In this document: positions 10,551 through 20,124 of the stretch, one piece after another
How the letters are laid out: every line of letters starts with the position of its first letter
Position numbering within the stretch: position 1 is the stretch's first letter
Assembly: GCA_965198235.1 (NCBI GenBank)
Contig: OZ240248.1
Span: 2,016,001 to 2,080,000, forward strand
Direction: 5' to 3'
DNA length: 64,000 bases
From: Candidatus Poribacteria bacterium
Lineage (GTDB): Bacteria > Poribacteria > WGA-4E > WGA-3G
Notes under the pieces: model-generated
The model's database searches: none
The model's input: the letters and a program-made list of their open reading frames with translations, nothing else
Told to the model about the DNA's origin: nothing
Translations under genes and position numbers: made by a program

Positions 10551-11321
10551 TCAATATTTAGCAACATAGACAGCACCTTTTGACGGGTGATACCACGTAA
10601 GTTGGACCTCGGAGAATCCTGCCCCCTGAAGAATGCGGGCTTGTGTCTCCGGCGATAATGTGATATCGTAATTCCACTCGGCGCGGTCACCCCCTGGTAA
10701 CTTTGCTATCCACTTGTTGTACCAATAGAGTATACTGGTCTCCTCTTCAACCGTGGTAGCCTGATCGCCTTCTATGTAAATACCACTTGTTCTCAAAGCC
10801 TTTCTCACTTTTTTGTAGATGGCGACCTTCCGTTCTGGAAGGAAATGATGCATGGTTAGCGTAGAAATAGCGTAGTCATACGCATGATCCCCAAACGCAA
10901 GTTCCAACAGAGAGCCTTGCTGTAATTTTAACTGTTCGGTTTTGTTAGCGAATTTCGCACTGAGCTGCTTAAGCATATTCGGTGCCCGATCGATTGCTGT
11001 AACTTTGGCGTTGGGTGCCCTTGCAAAAACGAACTCAAGTTGAATTCCCGTGCCACAACCGAGGTCCAGAATCTCTATCGGTTCGTCTGTCTGTGGTATT
11101 TGGAGAGCAACAGCGTGATAGAACGGATCATTGGGTTTCGCACCAAATTTCTGGTCCCAAATATCAGCAGTCGAATTGAAGAATTCTGGGAGTTCTTCAA
11201 TACCATCGGTTGTCCATTCGGGAACATCATCACCCGACGGTCCCGGAGCGATTCGGAGCCGCATCCTTCGCCTCATGAATTCATCATTTATGGCTTGCAT
11301 TCGAGCTGTGTGTTGCTTCAT
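10551..11321 (-). CDS. Class I SAM-dependent methyltransferase
   Basis: ILDLGCGTG; YDYAISTLTMHH. Confidence 0.85.
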   Translation of the reverse strand: MKQHTARMQAINDEFMRRRMRLRIAPGPSGDDVPEWTTDGIEELPEFFNSTADIWDQKFGAKPNDPFYHAVALQIPQTDEPIEILDLGCGTGIQLEFVFARAPNAKVTAIDRAPNMLKQLSAKFANKTEQLKLQQGSLLELAFGDHAYDYAISTLTMHHFLPERKVAIYKKVRKALRTSGIYIEGDQATTVEEETSILYWYNKWIAKLPGGDRAEWNYDITLSPETQARILQGAGFSEVQLTWYHPSKGAVYVAKY

Positions 11322-11336
11322 ATTGATTTATTCCCG

Positions 11337-12086
11337 TCAGGATTTTGGCTTGCGCCCTCCGAAAATGGCATGTCCAGCCTTCATCCAGAATACATCGACA
11401 TCAGTGAATCCAGCCTGTTCAAGCCATTTGAGTTGATCAAACACGGACGACGGTTTGTCAATCGAATCCGGTTCCGGTCCAGACTCTCCGTAATGATTCC
11501 AACCCAGTTGACGAAACTGGTCATAACCCCTCAGATCCCCATCGAGATCGAGCGAGCGTTGACGCACCGCTTCGTCCCATACATTCGCTGCGAGTTTCCT
11601 TCCAAACCGGTCCATCGGTTCAGTCAGATCCGCGATAATAAAACTTCCGCCCGGTGCGAGGATGGATGCCACATCTTTGAACAATGCCTGTTTTTCAGTG
11701 CCGTCCAAGTGATGGATTGCAAGAGAGGATACGACAGCGTGAACAGGGAAAGGGAACTCACGCCAATCGCTTGCAGCCAAATCAAATTGCCTTGCCTTAA
11801 AACGCTCTCCATAAGTAGCAAGTGCCTTTTCTACGTGCGCAATCATTTTCGGAGAGCCGTCTAAGCCGTAGACGTGACATTCAGGGAATGTATCTAACAA
11901 AGCACGCGTGAGGAGTCCTTCCCCACAGCAGAGATCCAGTATATACACGGATTCCGATGGCGGAGGAATTACCTCGCAAATGCAATTAATTTGGATCTCC
12001 CGGTCAGGAACGAAGTATTTTCCGTAGTCAATGAAATCTTGGGAATTGTCCTCTTCCCATTGAGGTGTGATAGCAGAATCTTGCAT
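11337..12086 (-). CDS. Class I SAM-dependent methyltransferase (CmoA-like fold)
   Basis: ILDLCCGEG; VVSSLAIHHL; start placed at MQDSAIT. Confidence 0.82.
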   Translation of the reverse strand: MQDSAITPQWEEDNSQDFIDYGKYFVPDREIQINCICEVIPPPSESVYILDLCCGEGLLTRALLDTFPECHVYGLDGSPKMIAHVEKALATYGERFKARQFDLAASDWREFPFPVHAVVSSLAIHHLDGTEKQALFKDVASILAPGGSFIIADLTEPMDRFGRKLAANVWDEAVRQRSLDLDGDLRGYDQFRQLGWNHYGESGPEPDSIDKPSSVFDQLKWLEQAGFTDVDVFWMKAGHAIFGGRKPKS

Positions 12087-12303
12087 AACATTTACCTTGC
12101 TATGTCGCTCTACTTTTCTGCCTTGTGCGGAAGCACAAAGCGGGCAGGCACCGAGACCGTTCTTATTTTCGACATGTATTATACCAAGCTTTTGCAATTA
12201 TGGTGAATTATCAAAAGTTTCCGAGACTAAAACCCAATGCTTTAGCTTTGGGATACAGTCTCGCCCTCGTGCATTAGACCGAGGCGTTATTCGTAAAAAA
12301 ACC

Positions 12304-12332
12304 TTGATTTCGATGAGTGAATATGTTATACT
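12304..12332 (+). promoter_or_regulatory. Sigma-70 promoter for tnpB
   Basis: TTGATT-N17-TATACT with an extended -10 TG. Confidence 0.6.
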
Positions 12333-12431
12333 ATTTCTATCACGTTGGGCAGACATAATGAGCGTAACCGCAAGGTTACGTGTCTGCCTACCCACTCATT
12401 AGGGGTTAAAAGATGTGATACGTGAACTCTA

Positions 12432-13643
12432 ATGCGAAACACGAAACATAAACTCTTCCACGATACAGGCTTGAAACGTCTTGACAATGACCTGAATATC
12501 TGTGGCGTTGTGCGAAATCATTTCAATGCACTTGAGCGAAGGTATTACCGTAGATATGGTAAAAATCTTTCGTATGGTAAAATGTCTAAGCACTTGACGA
12601 AGCTCAAGAAACTTCCGCAATACAAGCATTGGAATATTCCGTATGCGTGGAGTCTTCAAAACGTTCTCAAACGCTTGGCACAGAGTTTCAGAGAAATCAG
12701 AACGTTGGGTCGGGGTCGTCCTCGTTTCAAGTCGTGTAAGAAACATAAAGGCGTGACGTTCCGCGGTGAACAGGTGAAGATTGAGAAAGTGCTTGATAGC
12801 CAGAAGAATGAGAGAAATCACGCTACATATAAAATCCGCCTGAATGGGCATTGGTATCGTTTCGCGCTGCACCGTAAGATACAAGGTGCTATTCATCAAG
12901 TTCACGTGACAAGGGACGCACTTGGAGACATTTATATCACTCTCACTGAAGACTATAGCGAAGTCATTATTGAACCCAAGACTGGTAAAGCGGAAGGGTT
13001 CGACTTTGGAATCAAAAACTTCCTGACTGGCAGTGATGGTGAAAGGTGGACGTCTCCTATGTTTTACAAACACACCGCTAAGCAACTCGCTAAAGCACAG
13101 CGAGAACATTCTCGTCCGGTCAAAGGTTCTAAGAATCGTGAACGCTCCCGAAAGCATGTCGCACGTATCCACAAAAAGACTACGAACCAGAGAGCGGATC
13201 ACCATTGGAAACTTGCGATAGACTTGTGTCGTTCTTTTGATATTCTGTTCTTTGAAGACCTGAACCTTCGGGGCATGAAAAAACTGTGGGGAAAACAGGT
13301 CTCCGACCTTGCCTTTGGCGAGTTCATACTCAAACTTAAGCACCAATCTAAAAAACGCATACGCGCTGTGCTGAAGATTGACAAGTGGTCTCCTACGACA
13401 AAGTGCTGTTGTGTTTGTGATTACCATAATAAAAACCTAACACTCGCAGATCGGCACTGGACGTGTCCAAGTTGTAAAACGCAACTTGACCGAGACCAGA
13501 ACGCTGCGATAAACATTCTTAAGGAAGGGGTAGCTTCCTTTGGGTTAGCAGTTGTAAGACCTATTGTTGTGTCTAACACAATCGTAGGCTGCTGTGTTGA
13601 AGCGAACAGTCCGCTTCTCAACTCCACAAGTGCTTTCGCTTAA
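12432..13643 (+). CDS. tnpB: RNA-guided endonuclease TnpB
   Basis: RuvC I GFDFG, RuvC II FEDL, zinc finger CxxC...CPSC, RuvC III DRDQNAAINI. Confidence 0.92.
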   Translation: MRNTKHKLFHDTGLKRLDNDLNICGVVRNHFNALERRYYRRYGKNLSYGKMSKHLTKLKKLPQYKHWNIPYAWSLQNVLKRLAQSFREIRTLGRGRPRFKSCKKHKGVTFRGEQVKIEKVLDSQKNERNHATYKIRLNGHWYRFALHRKIQGAIHQVHVTRDALGDIYITLTEDYSEVIIEPKTGKAEGFDFGIKNFLTGSDGERWTSPMFYKHTAKQLAKAQREHSRPVKGSKNRERSRKHVARIHKKTTNQRADHHWKLAIDLCRSFDILFFEDLNLRGMKKLWGKQVSDLAFGEFILKLKHQSKKRIRAVLKIDKWSPTTKCCCVCDYHNKNLTLADRHWTCPSCKTQLDRDQNAAINILKEGVASFGLAVVRPIVVSNTIVGCCVEANSPLLNSTSAFA

Positions 13644-13698
13644 TCTTTGCGGAAGCCCAAGTCTTTAGGCTTGGGTCTATCACATCTGGAATTCAAGC

Positions 13699-14598
13699 CT
13701 ACGATGCCAGATCGTCAAGCATCTGGCGGATGTTGTGTTCACCACTATCAATAAACAGAGGTGCTAAGGGACCCCTACCATGCAAAGTTTGAAGTAGGGT
13801 ATCAATCTGTATCATACGCTGTTGCGGTGTGCGGCACCTGAGCCATTTTTTAACGAATTCACGTGCCGGTTTTGGATTGCCCGTTCTCAACGAGCGGACA
13901 CTTTTACGCCACGCCTGCCACCTAAAGGTGTGTCTGCAGTTCGGGCATTCGAGTTTCTCGTCCTTCTTTTTTAAGTTCTTCCGGTAATCACGCCACCTGC
14001 GTTTGTAGTCGCAGACTGTACATTGGATATTGCCGTGTACATGGATCGCGACTTCTTGGCATTTAGGACATTGCAACGCAGGACCGGGTTGCCGATCTCT
14101 GGCAGTTTGATCCTTTGGAAGGGCATCCGGTCTACGGACGAGGTCAAGGCAGTGAGGACACGGCAAGCGGACGCGGGTTCTCACTGATTGATTGTAGGCT
14201 TCTTGGGACCAGGTCTTCCCGCAGGTGCATTGCAATCCATCCGTTTTCTGCTGTAGGACGGCGCGACAGTCAAAGCATCGTGGTGTGTTTCGGAGTGCCT
14301 GACGGCAGTCGCGCCAGAGCAGCCGCTTAGCACAGTGTGGGCAGTGAAACCAGTGTTCGTGCGTGCCACCTTCGCCGGAACTAAAGAGTGGATCAATCCG
14401 ACGGACCACCTTTGTGCGGCACCTTGGACAAGGCACACGTCCCTCTCGGTAAACGTCGGCGACTGTAGCGATGTCAATACAACGAGCGTAGAGTTCCCAA
14501 CCGATGTCGTGTAGCAATGTATCTTCATAAATACCGAGCCGAGCATACCGATAAAGCCGACGGATTTTGATGGGTTTTACACGAGGTGCCCAGTCCAT
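13699..14598 (-). CDS. Basic, cysteine-rich protein with multiple zinc ribbons, function unknown
   Basis: Seven CxxC motifs (CPRC, CPHC, CFDC, CPHC, CPKC, CTVC, CPNC); Arg/Trp-rich. Confidence 0.75.
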   Translation of the reverse strand: MDWAPRVKPIKIRRLYRYARLGIYEDTLLHDIGWELYARCIDIATVADVYREGRVPCPRCRTKVVRRIDPLFSSGEGGTHEHWFHCPHCAKRLLWRDCRQALRNTPRCFDCRAVLQQKTDGLQCTCGKTWSQEAYNQSVRTRVRLPCPHCLDLVRRPDALPKDQTARDRQPGPALQCPKCQEVAIHVHGNIQCTVCDYKRRWRDYRKNLKKKDEKLECPNCRHTFRWQAWRKSVRSLRTGNPKPAREFVKKWLRCRTPQQRMIQIDTLLQTLHGRGPLAPLFIDSGEHNIRQMLDDLAS

Positions 14599-14622
14599 AG
14601 TGGTTTCCTTTGTTCCCTTTTT

Positions 14623-14826
14623 CTAACGCATTTTTCCTTGAGTGTACTTCATTGCCTCCTGAATATCAGCAGCTTCCAATTCTGGATAAAGTTCAATAAC
14701 ATCCTCAATTGACCGACCATTGGCTAACAATTTAAGGATTACACTTACCGTGATTCGGGTCCCTCGAACCACAGGTTGCCCAAGGCAAATTTTGGGATTA
14801 ATCTGAATACGATCTAATTTTTCCAT
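14623..14826 (-). CDS. DUF433-family antitoxin-like protein
   Basis: I.INPKICLGQPVVRGTRI.V..IL..LA.G.S.E.....YPEL. Confidence 0.88.
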   Translation of the reverse strand: MEKLDRIQINPKICLGQPVVRGTRITVSVILKLLANGRSIEDVIELYPELEAADIQEAMKYTQGKMR

Positions 14827-14837
14827 TTCTATATCCG

Positions 14838-15857
14838 CTAAACCGATATTTGAACAACCTCTCCTGTTTCAATACTACGGCTAATTGCTTCCAAAACGCG
14901 CATGTTCTGGTAGGAGTCCTCAAGACTGGAATGCGGCTGTGTCCCTGCCTGCAGCGACTCTGCCCAATGTTGCATCTCCTCAAGATAACCGGGTCTGCCG
15001 ATACTATGGAACGCGGTGTTGAGGTCCCATTCTTCGGTCGGTGTATCCGTATATCCACCACCCGTACCGAGCCATGTCGGAACACGATAACGACGCAGCT
15101 TGCGCGTCTCAAACACCTGAATCGCCTGCTGGTTCGTGCCTTTGACGAAAACCATCGCTTCCAAGATAGGACCGGTGCCGAGTGTCATCGTGCCGATACC
15201 GCCGTTTTCGTAACGCAGGTTTATGGACATTGACACGGTGCTGGATTCGGTATCAATCGCTCCCATGGCGAAAACTTCGCTAACCTGACCCATGAAGAAG
15301 CGCATACAATCGGTCGGATGAATTGCCTGATCGAGCATAAAGGGCCATGCAAACGGCGATCCAGCTTCCTGCAGACGTGGACCCGGAGCGAGGTATCGGG
15401 TATGATATTGGCAGGCTTCACCGAACTCTGCTTCGTCCATCAACTGTCTGGCAATCTGATGCGCAGGGGCATGTCGCCACATCGTGCCTACCATCCCCGT
15501 TTTGCCGCTCTCAACTGATGCATCGACGAGCATCTTCGCACCTTCGGCAGTGGTCGCAGGCGGCTTTTCGGTGTAGATGTGATAACCGCGCTGGAGACAC
15601 TCGATACCGATGTCACGGTGCAGTTTGTCCTCCGGTCTACCGACAACAGCGACTGCGTAGAGGTCTTCATTTTTGAACATCTCATTGTAATCGGTGTAGT
15701 GACGGAGTGCGCCGAACCTTCGAGCGTTCGATGCCGCCTTCTCCTCCACAAGGTCACAGGTAGCGACAAATTCAAACTCCGGCACCATCGGTATGCACTG
15801 TTGCAATTGCGATGACATGCCACCACAGCCAATAAAAGCAATTCGGATTTTGTCCAT
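14838..15857 (-). CDS. Gfo/Idh/MocA oxidoreductase
   Basis: IRIAFIGCGG and EKP motifs; start placed at MDKIRI. Confidence 0.88.
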   Translation of the reverse strand: MDKIRIAFIGCGGMSSQLQQCIPMVPEFEFVATCDLVEEKAASNARRFGALRHYTDYNEMFKNEDLYAVAVVGRPEDKLHRDIGIECLQRGYHIYTEKPPATTAEGAKMLVDASVESGKTGMVGTMWRHAPAHQIARQLMDEAEFGEACQYHTRYLAPGPRLQEAGSPFAWPFMLDQAIHPTDCMRFFMGQVSEVFAMGAIDTESSTVSMSINLRYENGGIGTMTLGTGPILEAMVFVKGTNQQAIQVFETRKLRRYRVPTWLGTGGGYTDTPTEEWDLNTAFHSIGRPGYLEEMQHWAESLQAGTQPHSSLEDSYQNMRVLEAISRSIETGEVVQISV

Positions 15858-15918
15858 AACATGTTCTCCAATTCTTCTATATGGGCGAACTCTGGCTCGC
15901 GACGTTAGGTGCGGACTC

Positions 15919-16485
15919 CTATTCAAAAAGTTGTGCGACCCGACAGGAAAACCCCGGCACGACATCCTCACCAGTAAGTGTGTCGGCACCCGTAAACACC
16001 TTAATGTCTGTTTTAGAACGATACACTGTTACTGTTTTCATGACAGATTCAACAACCCATACCATTTGGGTTCCTCCATCCAGATAGGCCTGTACCTTTT
16101 CAGTGACGCGCCACTGAACATCCGTTGGCGAGACGACTTCGACAGCAAAATCAGGTGGAATTGGGGAACCCTTACTTTCGTCTTTGGGCAAGCGCGAGGT
16201 AGAAATAAACGCGACATCCGGTTTCATCCCGCGTTCCCCTACTTTAAATCCCGCTTCTACGTACACATCACCTAACTGATTTTCGCTTACATGTGTAAAT
16301 AAATAGTGCGTGATTCTCGTACTAATCTTAGCGTGTCCCAATGATGGAGACGACATCGGCACTAATTCTCCTTTAACGTATTCATATCCCTCTATATCGC
16401 ATGCAAGAAATTCCTCCACTGTCATGGTGGTGTGTTCGGGCGGGTGCATTTCTTGCGCGACTTCCGAAACTTCTTGTAAATCCAT
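15919..16485 (-). CDS. Uma2-family endonuclease
   Basis: YEYVKGELV, PDVAF, PPDFAVEVVSP, K...YL..G...VWV. Confidence 0.9.
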   Translation of the reverse strand: MDLQEVSEVAQEMHPPEHTTMTVEEFLACDIEGYEYVKGELVPMSSPSLGHAKISTRITHYLFTHVSENQLGDVYVEAGFKVGERGMKPDVAFISTSRLPKDESKGSPIPPDFAVEVVSPTDVQWRVTEKVQAYLDGGTQMVWVVESVMKTVTVYRSKTDIKVFTGADTLTGEDVVPGFSCRVAQLFE

Positions 16486-16541
16486 TTTTCGTTCCTCCGT
16501 AATGTATTTGCGAGCTAAAGTCTTCAGGGTGTCTTTACACA

Positions 16542-17261
16542 CTATATTATCCCCAATACATCTGCCAACTCATTAAAATCATTAGCGACGAGGTCCGACG
16601 GGTGCGCATTTACGCCGTGAACTCTGCCAGGTCCGTACTCCAGAGGGCGGGGCACCAACGCTGTTTGAAAACCGACGGCTTGCGAGGCTCGGAGATCGCC
16701 AGGGTGTGCGGCTACCATCATAACTTCATTCGGAGACAAACCGAGCAGCGCAGCGGCAGTTTGGTAAACTTCGGGATCCGGCTTGTAATGCCCTGTTAAT
16801 TCGGCAGACAGGATACAATCCCATGGTAGACCCCCAAATTTTGCCATATTGGTTAGCAATGCAACGTTGCCGTTGGAGAGTGTAGCGACGATATATCGCT
16901 TGCGGAGTCGTTTCAAGCCACTGACTGCATCGGGCCACGGTTTGAGCCGATGCCAGACCCGATTCAGATGGTCTTTATTAGCTTCGCTCAAGCCGACAAT
17001 TTTAAATTCGTCAAGGAGGCTGTCCAAAATGAGTCGATGCAGGGTGTCAATGTTCTGCCACGGCAATTCGCCGCGCCGAACCCTGTCCATCGTGGGACCG
17101 TAGCCGGCGCGCCATTTCAAAGCGAATTGCGCCCAATCAATGTCAATACCGTGGATGTTCCCGAATTCTTCGCCTTCAGCAACAATTGAACTGTACCAAT
17201 CTACAACCGTGCCGAAAACATCAAAGGTGAGTGCTTTGACTTGGGAACGTGCGTTTTGCAT
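16542..17261 (-). CDS. Haloacid dehalogenase type II
   Basis: FDVFGTVVDW, LSNG, YKPDP and MMVAAH motifs. Confidence 0.9.
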   Translation of the reverse strand: MQNARSQVKALTFDVFGTVVDWYSSIVAEGEEFGNIHGIDIDWAQFALKWRAGYGPTMDRVRRGELPWQNIDTLHRLILDSLLDEFKIVGLSEANKDHLNRVWHRLKPWPDAVSGLKRLRKRYIVATLSNGNVALLTNMAKFGGLPWDCILSAELTGHYKPDPEVYQTAAALLGLSPNEVMMVAAHPGDLRASQAVGFQTALVPRPLEYGPGRVHGVNAHPSDLVANDFNELADVLGII

Positions 17262-17373
17262 GGTGTTACGTTCCTTTCTGTCGTCTGAGACTTGCCAAGA
17301 GGAGAGGGTCTGTTTCTTTTCCGTCTAAAATCACATCATATACCAATTCATCGCAATTGTCTATTAAATTGTT

Positions 17374-17763
17374 TCACATAAACGGGTTGTGTGCGACTTC
17401 CCAATAGAAACCGTCAGGGTCCTTGAAATAGCCTGAATAGCCACCCCAAAACGCTTCCTGTCCGGGTTTAACAAGTTCAGCCCTAGCAGCGACCGCCTCT
17501 GCTAAAGTCAAATCTACCTCTTCTGGAGAGGCAACGTTATGTGCGAGTGTGAACCCTTGAAAGCCTGTACCTTCAGGTGAGATTGTAATATCTTCAGCGA
17601 GTTCGTTTCTCGGATAGAGGGCAAGCATCGTTCCCGACATCTCAAAAAATGCAATGCTATCCGATTCATCCTTACGGGGTAATCCTAACCCCTTTTGGTA
17701 AAAATCAATGGCGCGCTGTAGGTCTGCAACACCGAGTGTGATGATAGTAATATGTGGTTTCAT
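17374..17763 (-). CDS. VOC/glyoxalase family protein
   Basis: ITLGV.DL.RA..FY; FWGGYSGYFKDPDG..WEVAHNP. Confidence 0.9.
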   Translation of the reverse strand: MKPHITIITLGVADLQRAIDFYQKGLGLPRKDESDSIAFFEMSGTMLALYPRNELAEDITISPEGTGFQGFTLAHNVASPEEVDLTLAEAVAARAELVKPGQEAFWGGYSGYFKDPDGFYWEVAHNPFM

Positions 17764-17829
17764 GCAGATTTCCTCGGGGAATCCCCTAATGTGCAGGTAT
17801 AATTGTTGACACTTGGGTGAGTGTTCCTG

Positions 17830-17869
17830 AAAAAAAAGCACTCTGACGTGAAGTCGGACGCCAGAGTGC
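17830..17869 (-). terminator. Intrinsic terminator after the ECF sigma gene
   Basis: GCACTCTGGCGT/ACGTCAGAGTGC stem followed by T8 on the minus strand. Confidence 0.75.
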
Positions 17870-17907
17870 CAAGGGGGTTTATGTGTTTAAGCCTAAGAAC
17901 CTATATA

Positions 17908-18498
17908 TCATAAGCTGGTCCTGTAGGGTGCCAAAAATTTCCGGAGTTGTCGAATCGCAGCGTTCTTGCGTGAGGCAACAGTGCCAATCGGACATTGAAC
18001 GATCTCGGCAACTTCCTGATAAGATAATCCTTGAACTTCTGTCAACTGAAACACTAATTGATGTTCTTGCGACAGTTTGTTGATTGCCGCCTGAATTGCC
18101 TCGTAGGTCTCCTTGGCGATAAGCAACGCCTCTGGAGAGTAGTTGGTGTCTGCGATAGCAACCGCAATGGGGTGAGAGTTTTCATCTTCATCGCTATAAG
18201 GTGCATCCAAAGATTCGATCTGCGGTGTTCTCTGATCCTTCGCCAACTGTTTCAAACATACGTTCTTGGCGATGTGGTAAAGGAACGTTCTAAATTTCGC
18301 AATAGGGCGATACGTTGGCACACAGCGCCACACCCGTAGGAACGTCTCTTGACAGAGGTCTTCCGCAAGAGTCCGGTTTTTGACAAATCGATAGATAAAA
18401 TTTAATGTGTTTGTATAGTGACGCTCGGTTAAAATTCGGAATGCATCTCTGTTTCCGTCCTGCACAGAGAGCATCAACTGTTCGTCAGTGTGTAACAT
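17908..18498 (-). CDS. ECF-type sigma-70 factor
   Basis: AEDLCQETFLRVW and FRTFLYHIAKN (region 2); GLSYQEVAEIV.CP.GTV.SR (region 4); GAGGAG RBS. Confidence 0.9.
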   Translation of the reverse strand: MLHTDEQLMLSVQDGNRDAFRILTERHYTNTLNFIYRFVKNRTLAEDLCQETFLRVWRCVPTYRPIAKFRTFLYHIAKNVCLKQLAKDQRTPQIESLDAPYSDEDENSHPIAVAIADTNYSPEALLIAKETYEAIQAAINKLSQEHQLVFQLTEVQGLSYQEVAEIVQCPIGTVASRKNAAIRQLRKFLAPYRTSL

Positions 18499-18524
18499 GC
18501 TTGTCTCCTCAAAAGAGGAGCGAC

Positions 18525-18749
18525 TCAAGCGAAGGCGTGCAACCCTCCTTCCATTCCGTAATGGAGGATGCCTGCTTGTTCACTCCTCGGTCTGTGCCTT
18601 CTCCATAATCGAGTCCTGGTCCAACAACGAAACACGTTGGCAATTTTAGATGCCCGTGTCTTCAGGAAGATCCAATCTCCCAAAGGACAGTCGCGTTCAT
18701 CTCCAGCGTGAGGCGTTGCCTCTGTTAAACATAAAACGTACTGACGCAT
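18525..18749 (-). CDS. Small hypothetical ORF upstream of the ECF sigma gene
   Basis: AAAGGAG RBS before the ATG; no recognisable motif. Confidence 0.35.
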   Translation of the reverse strand: MRQYVLCLTEATPHAGDERDCPLGDWIFLKTRASKIANVFRCWTRTRLWRRHRPRSEQAGILHYGMEGGLHAFA

Positions 18750-18931
18750 TATGAAACTCCTTTCTAAGTTTATTCGTCAGATAGGGACAGCGTTCGATGC
18801 CCCTTTTTCGGTCAATTAAAAAAGATTGTCTATAGTTTAACCCGTATATTCTGAAACAATTCATTTAAAATTCAAAAAAATATTTTTACGCCTTTAACCC
18901 CAATTTTCCGAGGCATGCGAGCGTGTCTGCC

Positions 18932-20086
18932 TTACACCCCGATTGGCTGGAATGGTTCCACAGACAACGAGGGTTGTCCTGTAGTGATCAGTTCGGCGAT
19001 AAGTTGTCCTGTGATTGGCGCGAGAAGAATACCATTTTTGAAATGCCCCGATGCCAAAACGACGTTGTCATACCCGGGCAGATACCCCAGAAGCGGTCCC
19101 TTTTTGGCGTAAGGACGTAAACCGACCCATGTTTGCACAAAAGTACTCTGCGCGAGTTGCGGCGCGATGGCAATTCCTGCGTCAATCAACTGCTTGGCAC
19201 CGTCTACGGTTGCCGTCTTGTCATACCCGACGAATTCGACCGTTGCCCCAAGTAAGATTTTGCCATCGGCTCTCGGTACAATGTAGATACCGAGTCCATC
19301 AATAGTTCGCTCGAAAAGTGGTGGCATCGCTTCAACGAGGACTATCTGTCCTTTCGCAGGTTCAACGTGAATGGGAACGTCAAGTTGAGCAGTAAGCGTC
19401 CCTGTCCAGCATCCTGCGGCAATCACGAATGTGTCGGCGTAATAGGTTTCGCCGTTCACAACGACACCGACAACATGTTCCGCACCGTCTTCACTCACTC
19501 GGATGAAATCGGTGACAGGGTTGCCTACTTGGAATTCCGCGCCGAGTTTTGCCGCCGCTTTGGCGAGTGCGGTTACCATCTTCGGATTACGGACTTGCGC
19601 ATCTTCAGGAAACAGAACGGCACCCGCGATAGATTTTGAGAGCGCAGGCTCCAACTGCCATGCTTGTTCCGCAGTTAAGACTTCCGTTGAGAAACCGCGT
19701 TTCACGCGCCGGTCTGCGAGACCGATTAACCCTGCCGCCTCAGCTGGATTGAAGAATACCGACAGTGTCCCGGATTGGATCAACTCAATATCTATCTGGG
19801 TCTCTGCTCGAAGTTCTTCCGCTAACGTCGGGTAGAGGGCAAGGCTCGCTCGGCACAAGGTTGGATACGGCTCATGTGTTGAGGCGTGTGAGGTTAAAAT
19901 TCCCGCACCTGCCCATGAGGCTTCTGTACCAACGGCGGATGCTTTGTCGATCACTAACGATTTCACGTTTCGTTTGGCGAGATCGTAAGCGATGTTACAT
20001 CCGATAATTCCTCCGCCGATAATAATGACATCTGCGTGATTTCGGCTCAAACTGTCCTCCACTTTACCAAAGAATCCAAACAACAC
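18932..20086 (-). CDS. thiO: Glycine oxidase ThiO / DAO family (true start probably near 20050)
   Basis: IIGGGIIG, ASWAGAGIL, KGQI, YIVPR.DG, GLRP and GHFKNGILLAP motifs. Confidence 0.85.
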   Translation of the reverse strand: MLFGFFGKVEDSLSRNHADVIIIGGGIIGCNIAYDLAKRNVKSLVIDKASAVGTEASWAGAGILTSHASTHEPYPTLCRASLALYPTLAEELRAETQIDIELIQSGTLSVFFNPAEAAGLIGLADRRVKRGFSTEVLTAEQAWQLEPALSKSIAGAVLFPEDAQVRNPKMVTALAKAAAKLGAEFQVGNPVTDFIRVSEDGAEHVVGVVVNGETYYADTFVIAAGCWTGTLTAQLDVPIHVEPAKGQIVLVEAMPPLFERTIDGLGIYIVPRADGKILLGATVEFVGYDKTATVDGAKQLIDAGIAIAPQLAQSTFVQTWVGLRPYAKKGPLLGYLPGYDNVVLASGHFKNGILLAPITGQLIAELITTGQPSLSVEPFQPIGV

Positions 20087-20095
20087 TATAAAGAT

Positions 20096-20124
20096 AGTTT
20101 AGCACATTATCGGTCGTTTGTCAA
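20096..20124 (-). promoter_or_regulatory. Sigma-70 promoter for thiO
   Basis: TTGACA-N17-TAAACT with an extended TG. Confidence 0.6.

Larger units (their letters stand above)
12212..13683 (+). mobile_element. IS200/IS605-family (IS1341-type) element carrying tnpB only
   Basis: Left hairpin GAGACT..CCCAATGCTTTAGCTTTGGG..AGTCTC (12223-12262) after TTAT; right hairpin CCCAAGTCTTTAGGCTTGGG followed by TCAC (13680-13683); no tnpA; boundaries inferred. Confidence 0.72.

Noticed and set aside
12429-13427. 332-aa minus-strand ORF
   Set aside because: Antisense shadow of tnpB with no motifs
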